Origin: Felis catus
Taxonomy: Eukaryota
Reading direction: 5' to 3'
Assembly (NCBI RefSeq): GCF_018350175.1
Contig: NC_058368.1
Coordinates: 12,462,001-12,526,000, forward strand
DNA: 64,000 nucleotides
Below, piece after piece: positions 12,480 to 23,580 of this stretch; the stretch's first letter is position 1; each line of letters opens with the position of its first letter. Both the position numbers and the translations under genes were made by a program. The notes under the pieces were generated by a model. The model did not search any database and was not told the DNA's origin. It worked only from the letters and a program-made list of their open reading frames with translations.

Positions 12480-13390
12480 ATTCATTCACCGGGTGGATGG
12501 CTGCAGAGCGCGGGCCAGCCGGGCCAGGCGGCCGCCAGAAGGAAGGAAGAGTCGCCAGGTAAGCCCGGCGCCCGCTGTCGGCCCCGCGTGGCGCTCCCCG
12601 CCAGGCTGTCAGCGCGCGGGACCGACCCCACACCGCCCGGGGAGCGCGGGGAGCGCGGGGAGCGCGGGCGCTCGGGCCGGGCCGGGAGGGGGTGCGCGCG
12701 GCCGGCCCGGCCCAGCCCCCGGCTCCGAAAACCTGTGCGGGGCACCCCGAGAGAAGGCGGGAGGTGGGCCGGGCGTGCCGAGCCGCCCGCGCCTCCTCCT
12801 GCCCCGCGGCCCCGGAGTCTCGCGGGCACCGACCTGCCAGCCGTCTCTCCCGGACGTTCTTCCACAGCAGATCCCAGGCTCTGGCCGTGGAGTCCCGCAA
12901 CTGCTCGCTGATGGACCGCCTGAGCTGCGTTGGGAAGGGCTTCCGTTTGCTGGTCATTTTAGATCCGTCCTCATAACGACCAGCGAGCGGGCTCGCCACC
13001 GCCACTCCCGCGTGGCCCGCAACTCAGACTCCCGGAGACCCGAGACGCCCGGCGCGGGACTCCCGCTGGAGTCCCGGGACCCGCCGCGGGCGCGACATGG
13101 GTCCGCCGCCGTCCCGCGCTGGGGGCTCCTCCGCGCGCGCGGGCCGAGATGCGCCGCCCGCCCCGAGCCGAGCAAGGTTAACCTCTGCGCTCCGTCAACT
13201 CCTCTACTCCTTTCCCACTTTCCCTCCCTCCCTCCCCTCGGCTCCGCGCTCCGCCGCTCCCCTCCCTCCTCCTCCCTCCTCCTCTCTCCGGGACTGTCTA
13301 GCGCCCCACTCCTTCCCCCTGCGAGCTTTTCCTCCCCTCCCTCACCGCCTCCCTCGCCTGAACCTGACGGCCTGGCCCCATACTCACGGA
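12480..13390 (-). promoter_or_regulatory. CpG island promoter and 5' leader of the minus-strand gene
   Basis: Very GC-rich with abundant undepleted CpG, in contrast to the CpG-poor flanks. It has GC-box-like motifs, a polypyrimidine/polypurine tract at about 13200-13360, and spans the first coding exon. Confidence 0.9.
12834..12957 (-). CDS. STARD13: First coding exon (41 codons + 1 nt) of a DLC-family RhoGAP/START gene, probably an alternative N-terminal exon of STARD13 (DLC2)
   Basis: ATG at 12957 has A at -3 (GGATCTAAAATGA). The peptide MTSKRKPFPTQLRRSISEQLRDSTARAWDLLWKNVRERRLA is non-repetitive, unlike the surrounding GC-rich ORFs. The donor CAG|GTCGGT at 12834/12833 is phase 1, compatible with splicing into the shared SAM-domain exon (E-IEAKEACDWL). 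The exon lies in a CpG island. Gene identity is recalled, not searched. Confidence 0.75.
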
Positions 13391-13723
13391 GCTCCCACCC
13401 CCTTTTCAGTTTCACTCGGAGATCAGGGGCTGTACCATATTCCTATTTTTTGACAGTTTCCATTTTTTCAGTTTCAGAAGCCACCACCATCACCACCACC
13501 GTAACACAAATTTTAAACTATGCCACAGCTGGTGCCATTATAACTCATCGGAGTTTTCCTGAACTCAAGTCACTTGACGTCAGCTATTCAGTTTGGCTAA
13601 CATTCTTCTGGAGTTGGATATGGGTGTTCTCGGGTTTTATGTTAATCTCTCCTCATTTCATCAATGAAATGATTATCTGGCTGCATGCAACCAGCCATCA
13701 AATTAAGTGATTTAAAAAGTCAA

Positions 13724-13935
13724 GGGACGCCTGGGCGGCTCAGCCGGTTGAGGGTCTGACTTCAGCTCAGGTCATGATCTCGTGGTTGGTGGGTTCGAGC
13801 CCCGCGTTGGGCTCTGTGCTGACAGCCCGGAGCCTGCTTCGGATTCTGTGTCTCCTTCTCTCTCTGCCCCTCCCCCACTCATGCACTGTCTCACTCTCTC
13901 TCAAAAATAAATAAATGTAAAAAAAAATTTTTTTT
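13724..13935 (+). mobile_element. Can-SINE
   Basis: Canonical body and tail, with a short TSD aagtcaa. Confidence 0.95.
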
Positions 13936-14161
13936 AAGTCAAAATATTACAGCCACTGCGTTGGAGGAAAATTAACTTGCAAATATTGAGGTCAAACCGC
14001 TAGGAACCTACATTAAACAGATTTACATATCTTGGCATTTAAATCTGCATGCAGTTTAAAAAGTAGGTGTTATGAGGAAGTGAGATACGAAAATTGAACA
14101 CTTTTAAGGTATTTTAGTCAATAACATAAAGTAGGCTTATTATTAGAAATGAACTGGTTCC

Positions 14162-14387
14162 GGGGCGCCTGGGTGGCGCAGTCGGTTAAGCATCCGACTT
14201 CAGCCAGGTCACGATCTCGCGGTCCGTGAGTTCGAGCCCCGCATCAGGCTCTGGGCTGATGGCTCGGAGCCTGGAGCCTGTTTCCGATTCTGTGTCTCCC
14301 TCTCTCTCTGCCCCTCCGCCGTTCATGCTCTGTCTCTCTCTGTCCCAAAAATAAATAAACGTTGAAAAAAAAATTTTTTTTAAAAAA
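14162..14387 (+). mobile_element. Young Can-SINE (SINEC_Fc)
   Basis: CpG-rich, near-consensus body. TSD agaaatgaactg(g/a)ttcc at 14145-14161 and 14388-14404. Confidence 0.97.
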
Positions 14388-16039
14388 AGAAATGAACTGA
14401 TTCCTGCAGGGAAAAGAGGGGCTGGCTCTTGCGAAAATACCTGAGAAGTGGTGTCCAACTCATTCTGCTAGGCTCCAAAGCCTCACACGTAAGATGATGA
14501 CAGTGCTCGTTCAGGCCTCAGGACGTCCTGCTATCCTCAATCTTTTGCTTCTAAAGTGCTTAGAGGACCTCAGAGAAAGTAATTTTTCCATGTAATGCAA
14601 CCATGGGATTCATGTCACACAGCTCAAGTTTGGTGAGAGGAATTGATATATTGCAAGAGAAAATTTCTGAATTGTTTAAACACTAAAATTTCCGGAATCT
14701 CTGTTCTTTGTAAATGTCTTCGAACCAGACTGCCAGAGTAGCAGTTGTCGGCTGGTGTTTTTAAAAATAATTCAGGTGCTTCACGTGAAGTTTGAACATT
14801 AAATTGTCTAATCCTTTCTCCATTACACAAATTGCTACTGGCTTAAGGCATGGAAACTATCAGCTACCTGAAGTATTCCTGCTACAATTCTACACTTTTT
14901 GGAAACATTCCCTGCACTAGCTTATGCTGTTGGTAGAAAATGGAGAAATGATGGTAAAAACAATCTTGATGGTCTTATTTTGTTATTTTAAATAATCAAA
15001 AATGTTTACTAGAAAAACACACTTGAGAATGAGCTAGAAAGTAATGACTGAGATCTTGTGTGCCATCCTGATAAACCTTGGAAACTGGCAGTTATGAAGC
15101 AGTAAGTCATGGATCAGAAATGGACTGGAAACTATGGCAGCCAGTCACAGACTAGTCCAGATAGCGTTCTGGATGCATGCCAAATACCCCTTTGATTACA
15201 CCCTCTGTTTTGTATGCACGTAGTGGCAACGAAATTCTCTGCAAGGAGAAAGACCTGTGTTATCTTAAAGTACTGCGATATAGCATATCAACAAAATGTT
15301 TCACAATTACATGCCCAGGGAAGCTGTGTATTTAACTTTTAAAAAGGATCGAATTGAATCAAACATAGGCAGTAGCTGTAACATTATGTACATAGAAATA
15401 GGACAAAACAAGAATATTCCAGCTATTTCACTGATCATTTTATCTCCAAAGATCCTGGACCCCTACTATTTTCTATGTTAATACATATTTCATATTCAGA
15501 TGGCACGGATTAGGGGGTTTCTTTAAAGGGCTAATTTGAAGATACACTTTTGCATTGCAAATTTGTTTAGTTCTGGCTGTAGGACAGCCCATGAATTCAG
15601 GACTGTCCAAGAGAAGCCAGATGAAAGGCTAAAGTGATCTTCCCGGAACAGGTGCCACCGGAGCAGCTTGTGCCACACAGCTCAGCCCAGCTCGCTGGCT
15701 TGCAGCAGGACACCTCACAGCTGTGCACATGCTGCTGGCACAGATGCAAGGGCTCCAAACTCAAAAGGAACCTCGGGGTTACTTGGAGTCTTTTATATAG
15801 GTCAGTAGCACCCACATGCCCTGTTTCAAAGCTGGACCTGAAGTAGGACTCCAGAAGGACTACCTTCTCCCTGCGGTCTTCACCTTGAGCAGAGGACAAT
15901 AGGTCTACTTCAGAGAAAAGAAATCCCCACATGTGCTACCTTCTTACTTACTCCCCCCCACTCCCATCACAGTAGAAGAGGTGCCTCTCTGCCTACTAAG
16001 ACCCGGTCCTCCAGCTGTGCTCTGTGTGCGGTCCTTGTC

Positions 16040-17680
16040 CCTACAAGGACTTTGTTCCAGCAGTTCTTTCCTCTGTCTCCTGTGCCCTCAACCTTCCTCT
16101 CTAAAGGCTCAACCCTCAAGTCTCTCCCTTCTTTAAACCAAACCACAACCCCAACCACCATAGCAAGTCGTCCGGCCTCTACCCTGTATCTCTTGGAAAA
16201 GAAATCTTCCCTTATCAACCCTGCAGTCTGGCCCTCCCTCACTACTTCACTAAAACCTGTCTGGCCAAGCTCATCAATAATTGGTTGCTAAATCTGATGG
16301 ATGATTTGTGTGGTTGTTGTCCTCTCTAGGTCATGTGGACAACAGGACACTGCTGACCATTCATTCCCTTCCTTGTGACGCTGGCTTGTCTCGTGGCTGT
16401 CAGGCCACATGGCTGAGGTGCTTGTCTTCAGAGCACCTCATCTACCCGCTCAGTGTTGGCATTCTCTAGGTTTCAGTTTTCAGCAACCCCCTCCACCCCC
16501 CACCCCCCCGCTTTTCCTCCTGCTTTGGTGTCCCTGGGTGATTGTGTTCCTTGTCATAGTTCCAATCCTCACCTCTCAAGGCCCAGCGTGGAACAGGCAA
16601 AGTAGTTGTGTCCAGTGTGGCTGGAGGCAGAGTTGTGTTTGACTGGCAAGTTTCTGCCCCTCAACACCACCTACCTATATGATTGTATTGTGGAGTTAAC
16701 GAAATAATCCACTTGGCACAAAGAAAGGATTCAGTCAGCGAATGCTACCGCACTGCTGTCCTATCGTTATCATGATCATATTGCTGTCCTATCCCAAATC
16801 TTTCCTGAGCCTCTCCAAGAGGCCTTTCCTGACACAATCTAAATAACTGCATCACTTCCTCTCATGGCATCCACGAGTGCTAATGTTTGCTTTACAGCAC
16901 TTATCACTTTGGATATTTTCCTGTTTGTTTGTGGTCTGTCTCCCAGGCAAACCTTGAGCCTCATGAGAGCAGAGGCCTTGTCTGCCTGGTTCACTGTTGC
17001 GTACTCAGCGCCTAGAACAGGCTGTACAGTCATGTTCAGGACTCACGTGTAGAATGAGTGATTATACTCCAGCACTGTGTATCATTTACCTTACTAATGG
17101 ATATTTGTAAAAGTTTCCCTCTGAACCTGCTCGTCCATGTTTCCTGTATTAGCCAGTAATTCTACCACCTGTCGAGTGTCCAAGAGAGATACCTAAAAGA
17201 CATTCTAAATTCCTCCAGAATTCCTAATATTGTTTTAATTTTTCTCTGTATCTCTATCTCCAGAGGACTGGGTTTGGTTAAGTTTTCTCCTTTCCTTCTC
17301 TGAATTTCTTCTTATGAGATTCTCATTGGAAAACTATTACCCTTACTCAACTCTGTCTTTATGCATTCCCTCTGCTGAAAGACCTTCCCCTACTTTTTTT
17401 TTTTCCTCATGCATTCTTCAGGATTCAAGTCAGATGTCACCTCCTCCTGGAAGCCTTCCACAGATCCCTGGAAGGGAGGCTGCGGTGTTCCTCCTCTCTT
17501 GTGTTCCCATAGCACCCTGGGCCCAGAAATCACGGAGCACTGTGGGTAACTGTTTTCTCTCAGCCTTCCCCCTGGTCCTGAGTTCCCCCAGCTAGAACTA
17601 GTATTTGGATTTCTGAATCCCATGTGCCACCTTTAGTGAAAAGCACATAGTGGGATCATTTACTGACTAAATAAATATTC
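16040..17680 (+). mobile_element. Cluster of LINE2 fragments, including 3' ends
   Basis: gagcctcatgagagcagaggccttgtctgcctggttcactgttgcgtactcagcgcctagaacag is an L2 3' end; atgtcacctcctcctggaagccttcc is also L2-like. Confidence 0.6.
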
Positions 17681-18068
17681 TACTATAGTTTTGGATAACT
17701 GGTTATTCCTAGGGTCTGCTTCTTAGTGTAAATGTAAATTTTAATTATGCCTATGGCTGTGTTGCTTCATTGTCATTAACTATCCCTCTATCTTCTTATA
17801 TCTAGTTTATTAATTTTAAGTAGAGAATACATAATAATGATTACAATTTTAAACACAGAAAATTATAAAAAGAAACATTAAAATTACCTGTAATATTACC
17901 AGGAAGAGAGGACTGAGAACATTTGAAAATTTTCCTTTTCAGTTTTTTTCTGCATATTTTAAAAAAACTGCAATAACTTTCATACCAAATTTTGAAAAAA
18001 CTTTTTCCACTTAGCGTTATTAGATCATGAGAATTTTCCCAATCTATTAAGCTTTTTAAATTTTAAAA

Positions 18069-18107
<39 letters not shown>

Positions 18108-18276
18108 TTATTTTTGAGAGCGAGCAGGGGAGGGGCAGAGAGAGCAGGAGACAGAAGATCCAAAGTAGGCTCTGTGCTGAAGGCAGAGAGCCTGATGCGG
18201 GGCTCGAACTGGAGCCACGAGATTATGACCTGAGCCGAAGTTGCACGCTTAACCAACTGAGCCACCCAGGTGCCCC
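18069..18276 (-). mobile_element. Can-SINE with a tail converted to (ATT)n
   Basis: Reverse-complement head gagccacccaggtgcccc, with (att)n at about 18069-18106. Confidence 0.93.
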
Positions 18277-19829
18277 AAGTTTTTTTAAATATACTTTTTG
18301 GTGAATGTGCAAAATTCTGCTGGATAGACATACCATAATTTCTCTTAAAACCTTCCTAAGTTTGGACATTTCATTCCAAATTTCTGAAATTACAAATAAT
18401 ACCATAATTAGTAACTTTGGCAAAAAAAAAGATCTTTTTTCTTTCATCTTCTCTTAATGCTATATAATTAAGACTCATAACCACTGCACCCACAACCACA
18501 ACAATAAGCAGGACTTGCCACGTACCCTTCTATAAATAAGACTGCAATTCTATTAACTTCTTATCTCTTCTGCTCCCCCTTCTTTTAACTCATTATGTGC
18601 CATCACCCCTTATACCCAAAATGGAGAAGCATATTCTGTTCACTTGCTGAGAATTTTGTCAGAAGCCTCTGCTTAAGAAAAGAATTCAGTTTCTAACTGT
18701 GCCAGGCCAGCAAACCTTTGCCAGGAGCCTATGGTTATGATCCATTATTTCAGGTTGTTTTTCAGCTTTACTTTAGGAAATCACCTTACTTACAGTGACC
18801 CATTTCCCCTCGCTGCACAGTAGATGGGTAAAGAGCTCACTGTGACTCCTTCCATGAAAATTCTTTCCCCAAGAGAGAGGTGATGTGGCAACCATTCCTT
18901 CAGTGCTCCCTTCAGGCTGTATTTCAGGGTCTTGTTATGGATATTCTGAAATGCAATCTCATTTGTTTCCTCATAAAAGATGTTGCTGAAAGTTCTGGAG
19001 AAGCTGGCTTTTCACGCTGGATCCTTGGCTCAGGATCACCAATCAGTGGCTGTGCTGGTGGGTGGGTCTTAGTGCCCCATTGCCAAGCCCTGAATCTGCC
19101 AATCTTCTACTGCTAATAGTTTTGATTGCTTTGGGGTTTTGTTCTCTTAATTAAAACATTGTTGGGCTCCATGCTTTCTTGGAAGCAAATTCAGTGTTAG
19201 CTGTGAGCTCTGCACTGCCGATCAGTATCTTTGCCTATGTTTAGTATTATACTCATGTACACTGGGAAATGCCTGGAATCTTCAGTCTTAATGTCATGTC
19301 ATAATATTTCACTGACTTTACAAATATTATAATTCCTTTCTGTATTTTTCACATACACTTGTGGGGACTATCATTACCACCCAGGAGATCTTGGGTCAGT
19401 GTGTCACAAATCACTTATTATACTCACAGGCTGCTGGATTGAAGAAGTGTCCTGTGATTGGAATCACCTTGATGTCTGCTTGAGGACACCCTGTGGCATC
19501 CTTCAGCCTGTTTACTCCGCCATAAAGGTTGAGTCAATTTAACTTCCTACACAACCATACTTTAATACACTGATACAGGCAAATTGATTAGTGAAGATTC
19601 AGCCATTTTGCTGTGACTGCCTGTAAACAAGGCTAGTTTTAGACCTCTGCATGTTTTGGGGACACTGAAATGTATACTGTGAAGCATTGTCTTGGTGCTA
19701 CTATGCTCTTTAAGGTCAGTAAACATATCATATAAAGAGCTGTGAAAGGCAGCTCCCTGGCTCGCTTAGGCAGTAAAGTGCCTGAAGAAGGTTAAGGAGA
19801 CAGACAACTGGTTGATACCCTGTCTCCAC

Positions 19830-20017
19830 ATCAACTGGCTGTGTGATTTTGACAAGTTGCCATTCTTTTCTGTTCCTCAGCCTTGGCATCTATAAAATGG
19901 GAATAATAATAGTGCTTCCCGCAAAGGATTTTTGGCAAGGATCCAATGCAATGATACACGTAAAATACTTAGAATGGTTCCTGGCATATAATGAACGTTC
20001 ATTAAATGTTAGCTATC
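19830..20017 (+). mobile_element. MIR, host of the adjacent SINE
   Basis: ctcagccttggcatctataaaatgggaataataatag...cctggcatataatgaacgttcattaaatgttagc. Confidence 0.85.
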
Positions 20018-20251
20018 GGGGTGCCTGGGTGGTGCAGTCGGTTAAGCGTCCGACTTCAGCCAGGTCACGATCTCGCGGTCCGTGAGTTCGAGCCCCGCGT
20101 CAGGCTCTGGGCTGATGGCTCAGAGCCTGGAGCCTGTTTCCGATTCTGTGTCTCCCTCTCTCTCTGCCCCTCCCCTGTTCATGCTCTGTCTCTCTCTGTC
20201 CCAAAAATAAATTAACGTTGAAAAAAAAAATAAAAAAAAAATTAAAAAAAA
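20018..20251 (+). mobile_element. Young Can-SINE (SINEC_Fc)
   Basis: Near-consensus body with a perfect TSD taaatgttagctatc at 20003-20017 and 20252-20266. Confidence 0.97.
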
Positions 20252-21772
20252 TAAATGTTAGCTATCATTAGTAATATTATCTGGCCTATATCAATTCTGC
20301 AATTCTCATGAGATTCCAGTCCAGCTAAGTTCTGCGTAGCCTCATACTAAGTAACAAGAAGACACTAAAGAGTGTTAGAGAATAGCAATGAACTGGGGAG
20401 GTATAAGGATGGAATGCAAACCTCAGCTCTGAGAATGATAAGCTGTAGGACTGGTAGAAGCCACTTAACCTCCCTGAACATCAGTTTGCTTATTTGTCAA
20501 ATGCAGACAAGAACATTTGTTCTACTTACCCTGATCAAAGTTAAACTACATATGAGAGAGTCTTATCAATTCAAAGCTGTTGTAGATAATAGGAAAGATT
20601 GGAGAGAATCTACGTTTGGAGCTGGTATGTTTCCTACTCGCGTTAAAAAAAATGTATTTATTCAACAAGTGTCTTTATTCTTGAGCGACACAGGTTTCCT
20701 CTGGTGGCCCTGTGTCCAACCTGCTGATATGATTTAAAGTCAGTTAAGTGTGTGGTGTGGACAGTCAGAAGGGGCTGGGACCCTCAGCCCCTTCCCTAGG
20801 AATTATATCTCCCACTGCAATTATATTTATTCCCCAGATACACATGGAGCCAACCTTTGTCATCTTTAAAGACAGGCAGTCTATATTCCACATTCTAGAG
20901 GAAAATCTTTTGGCAATAGCTCAGCAGTAACTCCTAACTTTTTACTTAATCTGAGTAGATCTGGCATTTTCTTTAGTAATTTTTTCACTAATAAGCCTTT
21001 GCCCTAGTGAAGCACTACCTAGGATAAAGCACTTTGTATGTATTACTTAACATAATAAACACATGAAGTAGGCATTCACTTAAAAAAGGACAAAGAAACA
21101 GGCTCAGAAAAGTTATGTGACTAGATTATCAGCTAATAAATTATAGAACCGAGACTCAAAGCTGATCTCTATTGCTAAGTCCAGCTCTCCTTGAGCCCGC
21201 ACCGCCCCCCACCAACTGCCCGCTTACCGCTCTCCAGAGCCCTAGTCCATCATCACTGATGATCCTTTGCCTATAGAACTTTGGAGGTTGTCAGACAATG
21301 CATTATAATCATTAAAGAAATGGCATCTGTTCATTATTTAAAGTAATCTAGAGTTAATTTGCATTCAAATCTATCATTAAGCTGTTGGGAAAAGTCTGGT
21401 TATTTAATATAATTTTTGGAGTTGAACCAATTTTCATGAAATGATGACTTCAAAATAACTTCGGTCTTCCAACCCCTAATTTTTTCAGATGCAGTGAGGG
21501 GTTATAAGGACAGACTGAATTCTGTCAACACCCAGAGACATTTCCTTGTTATCAATAACAAAACTCTAAAGAGTGAAAACAATATTATAAAGTATATGTC
21601 AATTTCTGATATTTTTAAATGTGTAAACTTCAAGATGTATCTCTTCAGCAGAAATTGTCTAAAAGTAGCTGACTTTTACAAATTTTAAGTGTTTTCCTGT
21701 TAGTGCCTTATGATAATGTGGTGAATATAAAGGGAGTTATTATGTGGTGAATACAAAGGGAGTTTCTGGGGT

Positions 21773-21987
21773 GGGGCGCCTGGGGGATTCAGTTGGCTAT
21801 GCTTCTGACTCTGGATTTCAGCTCAGGTCATGATCCCATGGTTTCTGAGTTCGAACCCTGAATCTGGCTCTGCACTGACAGTGTGGAGCCTGCTTGGGAT
21901 TCTCTCTCCCCCTCTCTCTCTCTGTCCCTCCCCCACTTGTGCTCTCTCTCTCTCTCTTCCAAAATAAATAAATTAACTTAAAAAAAA
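21773..21987 (+). mobile_element. Can-SINE
   Basis: Body and tail present, TSD agtttctgggg. Confidence 0.93.
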
Positions 21988-22409
21988 GTTTCTGGGGCAA
22001 TGGAAATTATTTTTATCAGGTAATATGTATTTTTCTCCTGTCTTCTCCTCTTAGTTGAAACTTTTTTTTCCATATGGGACAATAAGTATTTCCTATATCA
22101 CTTCAGTTATGCCCCATTGGCCATTCATTACTAATAATATATTGTTGGTATGATTTATTTTTTAGTAAAATATTTTTCAAGTATCATTTAAAATAAAAAT
22201 ACCTGATATTAATTAGGAAAAAAATAAAATTTCAAATCCATCGTTTGAGTCCTGGGAGGTCTTTGCAGATTTAATTGATATTTATTGACATCTCTATTAT
22301 ATTTTTGAGGCTGGGGCCTCTGTTTTATGTATCTTTGCATTCCTTGTGCCTGGAACTGTGCTTGGCGTTCTCAAAAACTAAATAAATAAAATGGATGACT
22401 GAATTTGAT

Positions 22410-22705
22410 TTTCTAACTTGTAGGTCTCAGCATAATTGTTACTACTTTCAAAGGCCTTTTCTGACCACCTCTGTGTGCCCCTCTTACATGATCAAGCCTC
22501 ACTAACTCTGACCATAGCACATGCCCACGTGATATTTTGTGTTTGTTTATTTTGGTTATTGCCTAACTTGCCCCTTCACTAGATTGTAAATTCCAGGAAA
22601 GCAGGGAATTGTCTTTCTTTCTGGACTTTCATTCCCAGCGCCTAGGGCAGTGTCTGGTACAAAGTAGACACTTAATGAATGCATGTGACAAATGAATAAA
22701 TAATA
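22410..22705 (+). mobile_element. LINE2 3' end
   Basis: ctagattgtaaattccaggaaagcaggg...cccagcgcctagggcagtgtctggtacaaagtag...aatgaataaat. Confidence 0.75.
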
Positions 22706-23057
22706 CATGATTTGCTAGGAAAGCTCATGTGACCACATGATCTTGTCCTGAATCTTCTGGAGAGCTTAGTTCCTTCAACTCACAACTGCAGGGATCTTTG
22801 TCTCCAGCATGCTTTTACTCACCCCCACGCCCCTTGGACACGCCCTGGGCTAAGTCACCAGTCACACTGCTGTGCTTCCAAAATCTCCAACCTTCATCCC
22901 AGCTTCTATAATGATCTTTTATCTTTTCAGCATTCCTCATCTTGTCTCATGATCTTTGCTTTTGCTTTTCCTTTACTTAATCAGTCCCTCTCTTTGGCCT
23001 CACACCCTTCCAAGCCTTGGCTTAAGCTCCATGAGCCAACCTTTCAACCACTTTTTC

Positions 23058-23060
<3 letters not shown>

Positions 23061-23096
<36 letters not shown>
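23061..23096. repeat. (CA)n microsatellite
   Basis: Read directly from the sequence. Confidence 0.97.
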
Positions 23097-23102
<6 letters not shown>

Positions 23103-23334
23103 AGCTGTTTCAGTTTCTAGCTATTCCACGCCCATCTGACAAAACCCCGATATCCACTCTTCCATCCAGGCCACCACAGGCTGTCGGTGAAATCCCAGAA
23201 CTGCATGGACAGGTGACACAATGCTGGTGAACTGAGAGGTGCCAGCACATTTTCACCATGTCTCTACCTGGGTCTTTTTCTGTTCTCAAAACCTCACCAC
23301 TCTCCTCAAGGCCCATGCACACTCAAAATCATTC

Positions 23335-23580
23335 TTTTACTGTGGTAAAGTACACATAATATTTATCATTTCAATTATCTGTTGTATACGATTTGGTGAC
23401 ATTAATCACATTCACAATGTCGTATAAAAGTCACAACCATCTCTTCATCCTCAACAAAAACACTTTACTCATAAACAGTAACTCTCCTTTTCCTGCTGCC
23501 AACGGCCCCGGCGATCTCTATTCTACTTTCTGTCTCTCTGAACTTGCTTACTCGAGGTAGCTCACATAAAGCAACCACAC
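23335..23580 (-). mobile_element. L1 (L1MA/MB-type) 3' end fragment
   Basis: tgtggtaaagtacacataa...gacattaatcacattcacaatg...tctattctactttctgtctct. Confidence 0.7.

Noticed and set aside
12478..13005. Full 175-aa minus-strand ORF as a single-exon gene
   Set aside because: It starts at GTG and turns low-complexity right after the donor at 12834. Only 12957-12834 looks coding.
12493..13710. 405-aa plus-strand ORF and other long overlapping ORFs at 12.1-13.7 kb
   Set aside because: Pro/Arg/Gly/Ser-rich translations are expected from stop-poor CpG-island DNA in several frames, and no domain is recognisable.
14186..14458. Recurrent short ORFs with motifs such as GAEREGDTESE, HDLAVREFEPR and VAQSVKRPTSAQV (also near 3901, 8197, 20006, 45791 and elsewhere)
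   Set aside because: These are translations of Can-SINE sequence, not a gene family.
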